39,506 nucleotides of DNA, from IMG/VR virus record IMGVR_UViG_3300020258_000014, positions 1-39,506 of that record; one strand, written 5' to 3'. The DNA is from a virus (lineage: Duplodnaviria > Caudoviricetes). Below the pieces are notes generated by a model that saw nothing but the letters and a program-made list of their open reading frames with translations, did no database searches and had not been told where the DNA came from. Positions 8,322 through 16,667 of the stretch are shown here, piece after piece. Made by a program: the position numbers and the translations under genes. Each line of letters begins with the position of its first letter. The first letter of the stretch is position 1.

Positions 8322-8346
8322 CTGTGAACACTAGATGCTCTATTAT
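8289..8346 (+). promoter_or_regulatory. early promoter with upstream TGTCCA-N10-TGTCCA repeat
   Basis: TGTCCA at 8289 and 8305, then TTGACT(8318)-17-TATTAT(8341). Confidence 0.65.
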
Positions 8347-8372
8347 GTTAATGTAACAACAGGAGTGTTCCA

Positions 8373-8543
8373 ATGTCTTTCACTGCGTATCCTCAAAAAG
8401 CAAAGTATCGTGTGACTCTTGAGATTGACGTGTTGGATGACTTCAATCCACACAACATTGATTGGGAAAGAATCCTTGATGTTCAAGGTAATGAAAGTAT
8501 CACAGCATATGTTGAGGACTTGAGCACTCCTGATCGCTGGTGA
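8373..8543 (+). CDS. hypothetical 56-aa protein MSFTAYPQKAKYRVTLEIDV...
   Basis: Hand-translated; AGGAG ribosome-binding site; follows the promoter. Confidence 0.7.
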   Translation: MSFTAYPQKAKYRVTLEIDVLDDFNPHNIDWERILDVQGNESITAYVEDLSTPDRW

Positions 8544-8566
8544 TATTAGTCAATCCTGGTGGATAA

Positions 8567-8572
8567 TAAATA
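8567..8572 (+). promoter_or_regulatory. late promoter TAAATA
   Basis: ATAAATA intergenic, 22 nt before ATG 8595. Confidence 0.65.
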
Positions 8573-8594
8573 CTATTACGATTTAGTATTCACT

Positions 8595-8786
8595 ATGGCG
8601 TATCATATTACCAGACCTGAAGCACTTGATCCCTCCAAAGTAGTCTATTACACTGGAGGGAGTAAGTGGACTGATGATCAGTCACAGAAGAAATCTTTTT
8701 CTACCAAAGCAGCAGCAACTGCTCTTCTTACCAACACTGATGGTAAAAATGGTGGATTTAAGAATGCTAGTGTGGTGAAGTCATGA
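8595..8786 (+). CDS. small late protein MAYHITRPEAL...
   Basis: ATG 8595 lies downstream of the late promoter (ORF-track GTG start at 8559 is upstream of it). Confidence 0.7.
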   Translation: MAYHITRPEALDPSKVVYYTGGSKWTDDQSQKKSFSTKAAATALLTNTDGKNGGFKNASVVKS

Positions 8787-9421
8787 GATCATTCAAAGAT
8801 TTTATCACTGAAGCAAATTATGATCCTGAGATTCAGGGGAGATCTCAGATCAAACAGACTGGTGAAGGTGGACGTAAGGAACCCAAGAGAGATACTGCAT
8901 CAAGAAGACGTCCAGGTGTGAAACCTAGAGTCAAAGCAATAGGTGGTGGTCAATCTGCACCTGTGGGTGAATATAAAACTAGAAAGGATGTAGGTAAAAC
9001 TCAAGCAAGAAGTGAAAGAGAGCAGCAACCTACAAAAGAACGTGGTTCTGCTGAAGTTAAACAGTCATATGCTGATAAGGTAAAAGCAGAGAGAAGAGCA
9101 GCAGCAAAGGCACGTGCTGCTGCTAAGAAAAGTGGTGGTGAGGTTAAGAAAGCATCCACATCTTCTAAAGATGCTGAGAAAACAGCATCTAAACTTCTGA
9201 AGAAGAAATCAGAGAAGAAAGTTGATCCTGGTTACAAACCACGTGAGGCATCAGGATATACTAGAAAGGAGAGAATGAAGATTACCAGAGCAGGTGAACG
9301 TGAATTGAAGAAGGACTTCAAGCAACAGGAAGTAGATAAGTATAAGAAAGCAACTGGACAGAACCCTGATAGAAAGGGTATGACCAAGATTCTAGGTAGA
9401 GTTAATCAGAGGATGAAATGA
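8783..9421 (+). CDS. basic internal-protein-like virion protein
   Basis: N-terminus MRSFKDFITEA resembles T4 internal protein capsid-targeting peptides; K/R-rich. Confidence 0.6.
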   Translation: MRSFKDFITEANYDPEIQGRSQIKQTGEGGRKEPKRDTASRRRPGVKPRVKAIGGGQSAPVGEYKTRKDVGKTQARSEREQQPTKERGSAEVKQSYADKVKAERRAAAKARAAAKKSGGEVKKASTSSKDAEKTASKLLKKKSEKKVDPGYKPREASGYTRKERMKITRAGERELKKDFKQQEVDKYKKATGQNPDRKGMTKILGRVNQRMK

Positions 9422-10089
9422 AATCATTTAGCAACTTTATCCAAGAAGCACGAACTGCTGATGAAATTTCAGCAGAGGCAAGAGAACAGCAAAGAGAGAG
9501 AAGTGCTGATGCTAGAAAGAGATTGCGTGCTAAAAGAGATGCAATCAAAGCAAATACTGACACTAGATTAGGTGGTGCCTCACATAATGAGGAGACTATT
9601 TTAGAATATGGTGGTCAAGCAATTACTAACACCACACAGGGTGGAGGTTCTGGCACTAGAGATGATATGAATACAAAACCTGCACAACCTTCCCTATTGA
9701 AGAGGATTCAAGGTAAAAGAGATGCTAAGAAAGCAACAAACAATGTTGCTAAGCAAGCAGGACAATCTGTTAAGAATGCAACAGATAACACAGCAGGCAC
9801 AGGTTCACAAAGAAAAGCACAACCTTATAGTCAGGCAAACAAAACTGCCTCTGCCAAACCTGAAAAGGGTGGTGCAATCACTAAAACTGCTGAAAAGAAA
9901 CCTGCAACAGTTGTTAAGAAACCAATTGCACAGGTTAAAGTTCATTCAGGTAGACCACAAATAGGTTCAGCACAAAGACCTGATCTTGCTGGTGCTAAAC
10001 CAAGACCAATGATTGCTGCTGCTCCACAACAGAAACAGTTGCCTTCTGGTAATACACAAAGAAAAGCATTACCTGCAGCAAATAGTTAA
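9418..10089 (+). CDS. basic low-complexity internal-protein-like virion protein
   Basis: N-terminus MKSFSNFIQEA; K/A/Q/P-rich. Confidence 0.6.
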   Translation: MKSFSNFIQEARTADEISAEAREQQRERSADARKRLRAKRDAIKANTDTRLGGASHNEETILEYGGQAITNTTQGGGSGTRDDMNTKPAQPSLLKRIQGKRDAKKATNNVAKQAGQSVKNATDNTAGTGSQRKAQPYSQANKTASAKPEKGGAITKTAEKKPATVVKKPIAQVKVHSGRPQIGSAQRPDLAGAKPRPMIAAAPQQKQLPSGNTQRKALPAANS

Positions 10090-10090
10090 A

Positions 10091-10119
10091 GTTAGTTACC
10101 TCTAAAGGTCCACATCTAT
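10091..10119 (+). repeat. cassette repeat copy 1 (degenerate -10)
   Basis: GTTAGTTACCTCTAAAGGTCCAC-ATCTAT. Confidence 0.85.
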
Positions 10120-10133
10120 ACACGCCACTGATT

Positions 10134-10676
10134 ATGAATAAGTTTTTGACATCTGCTCTAGCAAGTCTTTCTTTGCTAGCACCAAATCATGCACTAGCTC
10201 AAAATACCTTTGATGATCATTTAGAATTATTTGAAACACTCAAATCTGTTGGTGTTGTAGTAAACATCAATCACAAATTGTATTGTGTTGATACTTCTAT
10301 TGATGGTTTCTACCACAAAGAAGTACCTTTGCTTGTAATTTGCCAGGATAATGCTCAAGCAGGAGGTCCACAAGTAGATTGGACTCCTAATGACTTAGAC
10401 ACTTTGCGCCATGAGGCACATCATGTGGTGCAAGATTGTGCTTCAGGTATAATGGGTGATGGAAAATTTGATTTGTTGTTTAGTGAAGAAGATGATTTTG
10501 TTGAATTTGTAGCAAAATCTTCCTTCACAGTAGAACAACTCAAAGCATTGGTGGGCAATCTTGCAGCAGATGGATTGACTGGTAAGGATATATTGATTGA
10601 AGTTGAAGCGTATATTGTAGCAGAAGATATTCATGCCTCTGTTATTAGTGATAAGGTCAAAGATTTCTGCAATTAA
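10134..10676 (+). CDS. exported HExxH metallopeptidase-like protein (related to 7420-8109)
   Basis: Signal-peptide-like MNKFLTSALASLSLLAPNHALA; RHEAHHVVQDC; downstream EVEAY. Confidence 0.75.
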   Translation: MNKFLTSALASLSLLAPNHALAQNTFDDHLELFETLKSVGVVVNINHKLYCVDTSIDGFYHKEVPLLVICQDNAQAGGPQVDWTPNDLDTLRHEAHHVVQDCASGIMGDGKFDLLFSEEDDFVEFVAKSSFTVEQLKALVGNLAADGLTGKDILIEVEAYIVAEDIHASVISDKVKDFCN

Positions 10677-10677
10677 A

Positions 10678-10706
10678 GTTAGTAACCTCTAAATGTCCTC
10701 TATAAT
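10678..10706 (+). repeat. cassette repeat copy 2
   Basis: GTTAGTAACCTCTAAATGTCCTC-TATAAT. Confidence 0.95.
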
Positions 10707-10723
10707 GTAACCACTGACTGATT

Positions 10724-11065
10724 ATGAATCTCACACAGGACAAAACAGAGTTTTTAGTTGATTGTCTTCTAGAAACTCTCAACAATAGGGAGAAAGTTAA
10801 TGCCCTTGAATCAAGTAGAAGTGTTTACACTAACTTTGAGTTTGAGGTAGGCAGAAAGTATATCAAAGTCTGGTCTTATCTTGTCTCTGATGGTGAGAAA
10901 GTAAGGGGTCGCAGTTGTTATATGTTTGTTGATAAAAATACTGGTGCTTGCTATAAACCAGCATCATACAAAGCACCTGCTGTGGGTATTAGATTCTGGA
11001 TCAATCAACTAGCAGATAATCCTGAAATCTGTGATCCTTATGGTAGTTTTTTATATCTGAGATAA
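10724..11065 (+). CDS. conserved small phage protein (GRKYIKV...KPASYKAPA family)
   Basis: Motifs GRKYIKV, FVDKNTG, YKPASYKAPA.GIRF; single-gene cassette. Confidence 0.8.
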   Translation: MNLTQDKTEFLVDCLLETLNNREKVNALESSRSVYTNFEFEVGRKYIKVWSYLVSDGEKVRGRSCYMFVDKNTGACYKPASYKAPAVGIRFWINQLADNPEICDPYGSFLYLR

Positions 11066-11066
11066 A

Positions 11067-11095
11067 GTTAGTAACCTCCAAAAGTCCACCATACT
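11067..11095 (+). repeat. cassette repeat copy 3
   Basis: GTTAGTAACCTCCAAAAGTCCAC-CATACT. Confidence 0.95.
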
Positions 11096-11112
11096 GTAAG
11101 CACACACACATC

Positions 11113-11334
11113 ATGAACAACTCTTCTCAAATCCTTCGTGAACTCCAAGACCTCAAAAAGACCTGGAAGATTCAGAACTTCAACCTCACTCAAGCACAGC
11201 AGGAACGCTATGATGAATTGATGGGTCTTCGTCGTGCCTTCATTCAACATTGGAAAGAGACAGATCGTGTCTGGATTGGTCCCTCTAATGCAGGCAAGAA
11301 CTTTGCTCAAGAAGAAGAAACTGCTGAGGTTTGA
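11113..11334 (+). CDS. hypothetical helical protein
   Basis: 73-aa ORF starting 17 nt after repeat 3. Confidence 0.75.
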   Translation: MNNSSQILRELQDLKKTWKIQNFNLTQAQQERYDELMGLRRAFIQHWKETDRVWIGPSNAGKNFAQEEETAEV

Positions 11335-11336
11335 TC

Positions 11337-11543
11337 ATGACTTTTATTTGTAAAGGTGCCTGGATTGATTCAAAAGGTCGCAGGCACAATTTTGAAATTG
11401 AATCTGACAGAGCAGAGCGTAGTTTCATCACAGAACTTGTGGAAGCACGTTATCCTGCACATAAGGTTATTATCAACTCAGTCAGACAACCACCCTCTCC
11501 ACATATCACCAACTTTCAAGGATACCAAGGACAACCTCACTAA
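11337..11543 (+). CDS. hypothetical protein
   Basis: ATG 11337, two nt after the previous stop. Confidence 0.65.
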   Translation: MTFICKGAWIDSKGRRHNFEIESDRAERSFITELVEARYPAHKVIINSVRQPPSPHITNFQGYQGQPH

Positions 11544-11546
11544 ATC

Positions 11547-12086
11547 ATGGATTTTCGCATTGCTCAGTGTGTGCTTGGTGCTCAAGAACCCACTGAATTG
11601 GAGAAACCCTTTGTTGATCTCTTAAAGCAACATCTTGCTCTTGATAATAACAAATTGAGAGAAGATTTTGTATGCTCATTGTTGGGTTATACACCATCTT
11701 ATGGTGGACAAGGTTACCCTGATGGATATAAACCTGATGGAACATGTGTAGACAATAAATCTGGTCCTCACATTGTATTTCCTGATGGAGGATTGACCAT
11801 TGCCAAAAAGATTGACTGGGATGTTCTTGTGCATCAGTTCACAGATAATGGTGAATTGATCTATGTTGCAGAAGTTAAAGTCATTGACATCATTGACGAA
11901 TTGGTGGAAAGTGCTATACTATTAAAAAGAAAAGGTTCTAGAGTTTCACCCATATGTCATCACACTTCATGGGTGCATAAACCATCTGCTAAGGTTCTGT
12001 ATAAGAATCAAGAACTATTTGAAAGAAAGAAGAATGGTGGTTTCAGGAAGTTCTATAACTTACTCAACCAACTCCCTTCTAATTGA
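11547..12086 (+). CDS. putative PD-(D/E)xK nuclease-like protein
   Basis: GYPDGYKPDGTCVDNKSG resembles a PD...DxK catalytic motif; ORF itself is clear, function is tentative. Confidence 0.4.
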   Translation: MDFRIAQCVLGAQEPTELEKPFVDLLKQHLALDNNKLREDFVCSLLGYTPSYGGQGYPDGYKPDGTCVDNKSGPHIVFPDGGLTIAKKIDWDVLVHQFTDNGELIYVAEVKVIDIIDELVESAILLKRKGSRVSPICHHTSWVHKPSAKVLYKNQELFERKKNGGFRKFYNLLNQLPSN

Positions 12087-12115
12087 ATATGAGGTGCTAG
12101 ATTGGGAAGAATAAT

Positions 12116-12144
12116 GTTAGTTACCTCTAAACGTCCACTATAAT
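12116..12144 (+). repeat. cassette repeat copy 4
   Basis: GTTAGTTACCTCTAAACGTCCAC-TATAAT. Confidence 0.95.
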
Positions 12145-12159
12145 ACAAGCACACTTTTG

Positions 12160-13338
12160 ATGATCACTCTTCGTCCACACCAGCAGACTGCCCTTGATGC
12201 TATGCGTCAGTCTGCACTGGGTCAAATCATTGTCCCCACTGGTGGTGGTAAGACTCTGATTGCAATTATGGATGCTGTGAAGCGTTTTGAGGTCAATGTT
12301 CCTCGCAACATTGTTGTTGTCTGCCCTAGGATTCTCCTGATTGAGCAACTCTCTTCTGAGTATCTTGAGCATGTGACTAATGCTAATGTCCTCCATGTTC
12401 ACAGTGGTGAGACAAAGCATTTCAGAACTACTAAGTCTGATCGCATCAAACTGTTTGTAGAGATGTGCAACACAGTGCGTGAGCATACTATTATCTTCAC
12501 CACTTATCACTCTCTTCATCGTATTGTTGATGCAGATATTGCTGTTGATACAATCTACTTTGATGAGGCACACAACAGTGTTCAGCGTCACTTCTATCCC
12601 TCCACTGAGCACTTCAGTAAGAAGGCAGATCGCTGCTACTATTTCACTGCCACACGCAAGACTTCTGTCACCACTAATAAACCAGGCATGAACTGGGTTG
12701 ATACTTATGGTCAGGTCATTGCACGTGTCTCTGCTCCCATACTTGTGGATGGTGGTTTTATTCTTCCTCCCAAGGTCAAGGTGATTGAGATGGACAAGTA
12801 TCCTGTCAAGGCAGTCACTCCTTGTATGGATTCACGCAATGTCCTTGCATCTATTGATGAGATTGCAATCAAGAAAGTGTTGGTCTGTGTCAAGACTACC
12901 AAGCAACTTATCAATCTGTTCCAGACAGATTTTGCTGATCAGTTGTCTGAGCGTGGTTATTCTTACCTCTACATCACATCAAAGACTGGTGCAGTTGTTG
13001 ATGGTAAGAAGGTCAACAGAGAGAAGTTCTTTGAGATCTTGAATACTTGGGGCAAGGATCCTGACAAGAAATTTGTTGTCCTGCACAGGTCAATCCTGTC
13101 TGAGGGTATCAACTGCTCTGAACTTGAAGGTGTTGTCTTCCTTAGAAATATGGATGCTATTGAGATGGCACAGACCATTGGTCGTGTGATCAGGGTAGGA
13201 TCTGAGGCAAAGACTTATGGTTGCCTTTGTGTGCCTGTCTATTCAAATGTTGGTGTCTCCACTGAGAAGGCATTGCAGAGAGTTGTTGACATTGTATTTG
13301 AAAAAGGTGAGATGCTTGACAGTGTTGTCAAGCGCTGA
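12160..13338 (+). CDS. superfamily 2 DEAH-box helicase (ResIII-like)
   Basis: LRPHQ Q-motif, PTGGGKT, DEAH, TAT, LSEGIN, QTIGRVIR. Confidence 0.92.
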   Translation: MITLRPHQQTALDAMRQSALGQIIVPTGGGKTLIAIMDAVKRFEVNVPRNIVVVCPRILLIEQLSSEYLEHVTNANVLHVHSGETKHFRTTKSDRIKLFVEMCNTVREHTIIFTTYHSLHRIVDADIAVDTIYFDEAHNSVQRHFYPSTEHFSKKADRCYYFTATRKTSVTTNKPGMNWVDTYGQVIARVSAPILVDGGFILPPKVKVIEMDKYPVKAVTPCMDSRNVLASIDEIAIKKVLVCVKTTKQLINLFQTDFADQLSERGYSYLYITSKTGAVVDGKKVNREKFFEILNTWGKDPDKKFVVLHRSILSEGINCSELEGVVFLRNMDAIEMAQTIGRVIRVGSEAKTYGCLCVPVYSNVGVSTEKALQRVVDIVFEKGEMLDSVVKR

Positions 13339-13371
13339 TATTATTAAACTGTAGTTGCTTCGTGCACAATC

Positions 13372-14403
13372 ATGGAACTAAAAAACAACATTGTCCCTAT
13401 TCCTAAAAAAGGAATCAGTCAAAAATTATTTAATGAGATTGTAGATCTTCTCCCAAGTCCTCCCCAAAGACCAGGATTTAAGTTCTCTCATTATGGAGTA
13501 GTATCTCTCTCACAAGTTAATACACAAGATAAGGCAAAAAATATTGCAAATAGTGTAAGAGTTCGTTTTGAAACTAAATCCAATGATGATGATACTTTAA
13601 GAATTAGTCTCGCAAAAGGTTTAGATATCACTAAATTTCCACCTACATTGTATCCTAATTTTAATGCAGGTGATGGTTTTAATAGAATCAGAGATTTAAG
13701 ATCTCTTGGTTATGAACAATGGATTTTTGCATTTTATGTACCTAATGAACAATCAAGAAATGAATTTCAATCATCTAATGAAGATGCTCTTGAAGACTTT
13801 AGGATGTCATTAAATGCCAATGATGGCAAAAGACCATGTTCTCAAGATGAAATTTTAGAGCATGTTAGGAAGAGGATGACAGAAAAGTGGGATAAAACCA
13901 AGATTAAAAAGTTTATTCACTCACTTGATTTGAATCTAAGTGGGTCTAAAGTTGATGGGATTTCAAACACCATTGATAGAGAGAGGAAGAGAAAAGGAGT
14001 TGTTAAACCAATCTCAGCAGATGAGGCAGAGGAATTTATTCAAAAAAATAGTAAGGGTGCATTGTATTTTAACACAAAATCAGGTGCTAGTGTTGCAAGA
14101 ACAGCAGTTTCAGTGGTAAAATCTTTAATTGCACCCAATTCTCCTGCTGTACCTGTTAAAGTTTGTACTTTTTCCACCAGTGCGTGCTCACATGAACAAA
14201 TTGATGATCATCATGACAAAGCAGTTGAAGATCTTTATTCACTTGTTGATGAGTTGATTGAGTTTGGATTAAAAGCAGCATCAATGAAATGTCAAGGAAT
14301 ATCTCCTGTTGAAATTATTGGATCAGTCCCTCAAAAGATCATCAAAGATCAAAAAATGCCTACAAAAATTGTTCAATATGGGTCTAAAAAAACAACCAAC
14401 TAA
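13372..14403 (+). CDS. hypothetical protein, possibly with a ParB/Srx-like N-terminal domain
   Basis: 343-aa ORF; GDGFNRIRDLRSLGY resembles the ParB/Srx DGxxR...LG motif. Confidence 0.45.
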   Translation: MELKNNIVPIPKKGISQKLFNEIVDLLPSPPQRPGFKFSHYGVVSLSQVNTQDKAKNIANSVRVRFETKSNDDDTLRISLAKGLDITKFPPTLYPNFNAGDGFNRIRDLRSLGYEQWIFAFYVPNEQSRNEFQSSNEDALEDFRMSLNANDGKRPCSQDEILEHVRKRMTEKWDKTKIKKFIHSLDLNLSGSKVDGISNTIDRERKRKGVVKPISADEAEEFIQKNSKGALYFNTKSGASVARTAVSVVKSLIAPNSPAVPVKVCTFSTSACSHEQIDDHHDKAVEDLYSLVDELIEFGLKAASMKCQGISPVEIIGSVPQKIIKDQKMPTKIVQYGSKKTTN

Positions 14404-14611
14404 TTCACACATTCTTAACCCTAACCCAGGACCATTATCCTTCACTGTAGGTGATTGGGATAATGGTGATTTATTCTATGCAGCAGTTCCTGTTGCTGGC
14501 AGCAAGACTAAACTTGCTATCGTGTATCAAGGCAACATCTTGAAAGTATGCAGAAATAGACAATCTGCCCTCAGTTTCATAGATAAGCACAAAAGCAGTA
14601 AGAAGAAATGA
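14378..14611 (+). CDS. hypothetical protein
   Basis: ATG 14378 in frame with ORF-track 14309; ATGA coupling to the next gene. Confidence 0.65.
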   Translation: MGLKKQPTNSHILNPNPGPLSFTVGDWDNGDLFYAAVPVAGSKTKLAIVYQGNILKVCRNRQSALSFIDKHKSSKKK

Positions 14612-14871
14612 AGAAGAGAATTAAGCATCTAAGTGATCTCCAAAAGCATGTAGAATCACTGGTAAAAAAGCATGGAGGCACAGCACCTTGTGCTGCATGG
14701 GTTATTACTAGAGAGGATTTTGTGACAGTTGGCACCAATGAAAGAGACACATTAGTGAGTAAGGATGAGGCACAACAAATGATTGATGATATGCACCTTT
14801 TTGAATACAACTTCATTGATGACCATCTTAAGAGAATTATTCAAAATGAGAAGACAAATCGCAATCTATAA
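14608..14871 (+). CDS. hypothetical protein (related to 19528-19791)
   Basis: LSDLQKHVESLVKKHGGTAPCAAWVITREDF aligns with LSELKDQVNSLIEQQGENATCASFIYTKEDV. Confidence 0.75.
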   Translation: MKKRIKHLSDLQKHVESLVKKHGGTAPCAAWVITREDFVTVGTNERDTLVSKDEAQQMIDDMHLFEYNFIDDHLKRIIQNEKTNRNL

Positions 14872-14873
14872 TT

Positions 14874-14902
14874 GTTAGTAACCTCCAAATGTCCCCTATA
14901 GT
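14874..14902 (+). repeat. cassette repeat copy 5
   Basis: GTTAGTAACCTCCAAATGTCCCC-TATAGT. Confidence 0.95.
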
Positions 14903-14919
14903 GTAACCACCAAAAGATT

Positions 14920-15804
14920 ATGACTCAGACCCATATTGAACACCCAGAAGATCTCATCCTCACAGGTGATCTTAATGTCTTCAATATCCTCTATGATGTT
15001 GCTTCTATTTCTATGAAGATGGATGGTATCTCATTAGTTTGGGGCACCAATCCTGCCAATGGTAAGTTCTTTGTCTGCACCAAAGCAGCATTCAACAAGC
15101 AGAAGATTCGTCTCTGCTATACACAGGAGGACATTGATATCCACTTTGGTCATCAACCAGACCTGGCAGACAAACTATCATTTTGTCTGACACATCTGCC
15201 TAGGACTGATAACATCTATTGGGGTGACTTCCTGGGTTATGGTGGTGCCAAAGTTCTCAAACCTAATACCATTTCTTATGTTTTCCCAGAGGAGATTGAT
15301 GCCTTCCTAGTGATTGCACCTCACACACTTGTGCAACCATTTGATGGTCCTTTGTGTGATGCAGTTTGTGATCCTCTTGCTGAGGTATTTGATGACACAA
15401 ATGCCATCAAGTGGGTACAACCCTCTGTGGATAGGTTGTATGCCCCTGCAACCCCTCCTAACATCAATGCAGATGCAATTCCCTTCCTGAGTAAGAAAGA
15501 GGCAGAGATTGCCAAAAAGTCTATCAACAATGTCATCAAGTCTGGTCAGGAGTTGACTGACTCTATCCTGACTGAGATCCTTGGTTCAGTGCAACTTGCT
15601 AATCTGTATCAGTTGGTGATTGAAATCAAGGATGATTTGATGGACAGTATGATTGTCACTGATGCACCTAGATCTTTTATCTTTGATGAGGTAGAAATTG
15701 ATGGTGAGGGTTACATCTTCAGTTCAGAGGATTATGGCACAATCAAACTGGTTGATCGCCCTTGCTTTGCTTATGCTAACTTCACCAGTGGTAAGTTTCA
15801 ATGA
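14920..15804 (+). CDS. ligase-like covalent nucleotidyltransferase-fold protein (DUF6267-like)
   Basis: HIEHPED start, KMDG (motif I), WGDF (III), EGYI (IV), KLVDR (V). Confidence 0.6.
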   Translation: MTQTHIEHPEDLILTGDLNVFNILYDVASISMKMDGISLVWGTNPANGKFFVCTKAAFNKQKIRLCYTQEDIDIHFGHQPDLADKLSFCLTHLPRTDNIYWGDFLGYGGAKVLKPNTISYVFPEEIDAFLVIAPHTLVQPFDGPLCDAVCDPLAEVFDDTNAIKWVQPSVDRLYAPATPPNINADAIPFLSKKEAEIAKKSINNVIKSGQELTDSILTEILGSVQLANLYQLVIEIKDDLMDSMIVTDAPRSFIFDEVEIDGEGYIFSSEDYGTIKLVDRPCFAYANFTSGKFQ

Positions 15805-16028
15805 TTAAAGACATTATGACATCACAAAGGGCAAAATCACTGCTTCTTTTGAGAGATGGATTCAAACAAGATTTTGCAATGAAAGTATTTGAATCTGAGA
15901 AATTCTTTGAACTATTGCAAGAATTGTCAATTGATTTTGTAGATGACAACATTCCTGTTATAGATGATGATGTAAGACATGATCTTGCATTTCTCCTCTG
16001 TGAATCAATCAAACTTGGTAATTACTGA
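15801..16028 (+). CDS. hypothetical protein
   Basis: ATGA-coupled 75-aa ORF. Confidence 0.7.
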   Translation: MIKDIMTSQRAKSLLLLRDGFKQDFAMKVFESEKFFELLQELSIDFVDDNIPVIDDDVRHDLAFLLCESIKLGNY

Positions 16029-16036
16029 CAATTAAA

Positions 16037-16065
16037 GTTAGTAACCTCCAAATGTCCCCTATAGT
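16037..16065 (+). repeat. cassette repeat copy 6
   Basis: GTTAGTAACCTCCAAATGTCCCC-TATAGT. Confidence 0.95.
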
Positions 16066-16084
16066 GTAAGCACACACACCACAA

Positions 16085-16249
16085 ATGCCTAACACTGATC
16101 TCCTCCTCAAATATGAACAGGGCATCATCAATGATGATGACTTTCTGACACTGTTCCAAGAAATCTTTGACACCAAAGCATATCAATGGTTGCAGGGTCA
16201 TTATGGTCGCACCTGTGAGGCACTTTACAATGAGGGTCTTATCAAATGA
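16085..16249 (+). CDS. 54-aa protein MPNTDLLLKYEQG...WLQGHYGRTCEALYNEGLIK
   Basis: Hand-translated; starts 19 nt after repeat 6; LQGxYGR motif recurs in small phage proteins. Confidence 0.75.
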   Translation: MPNTDLLLKYEQGIINDDDFLTLFQEIFDTKAYQWLQGHYGRTCEALYNEGLIK

Positions 16250-16422
16250 GTTATCCTCTTGGCATTGATAACCCAATCATTGTAAAAGGTGTATGGGGTA
16301 CACATAAGTGGGCATTGTATTGGAGAGATGACTTCACTAAGATTGCAACATTCTCCAATGAATTCAATGCCTATCAGGCAAGACAAACTATCCTTGAGAA
16401 TTATGACCAAAGAACTTTTTGA
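16246..16422 (+). CDS. 58-aa protein MSYPLGIDNPIIVKGVWGTHKWALYW...
   Basis: Hand-translated; ATGA coupling. Confidence 0.65.
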   Translation: MSYPLGIDNPIIVKGVWGTHKWALYWRDDFTKIATFSNEFNAYQARQTILENYDQRTF

Positions 16423-16615
16423 TCCAGTTCTTGACAATCTGCCTCAACCAGTTGATGGTATTAACCCACAACTTGAGTTATTAGCACAAAGGGAACAGTT
16501 GATGGAAGATATCATCAGCATTGTTGATGAGTATGATCTGAAGAAAGGGTTTGCTACTAAGGATGAATTAGCAGAATACCTATGTGATGCTGTCTGCAAC
16601 AACTTTCCTGTGTAG
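16403..16615 (+). CDS. hypothetical 70-aa acidic protein MTKELFDPVLDN...
   Basis: ATG 16403 within ORF-track 16289-16615; the upstream part is occupied by ORF 16246. Confidence 0.65.
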   Translation: MTKELFDPVLDNLPQPVDGINPQLELLAQREQLMEDIISIVDEYDLKKGFATKDELAEYLCDAVCNNFPV

Positions 16616-16618
16616 ATT

Positions 16619-16647
16619 GTTAGTAACCTCCAAATGTCCTCTATAGT
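16619..16647 (+). repeat. cassette repeat copy 7
   Basis: GTTAGTAACCTCCAAATGTCCTC-TATAGT; identical to copy 10 over 42 nt. Confidence 0.95.
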
Positions 16648-16667
16648 GTAACCACACACTGCTTCAA

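Noticed and set aside
10682-10695. NtcA box within the repeat
   Set aside because: GTA-N8 is followed by ATG, AAG or AGG, not TAC.
12160-13338. Calling the helicase UvsW
   Set aside because: It is short (392 aa), lacks a recognisable UvsW N-terminal domain and sits in an accessory island rather than the core replication region.
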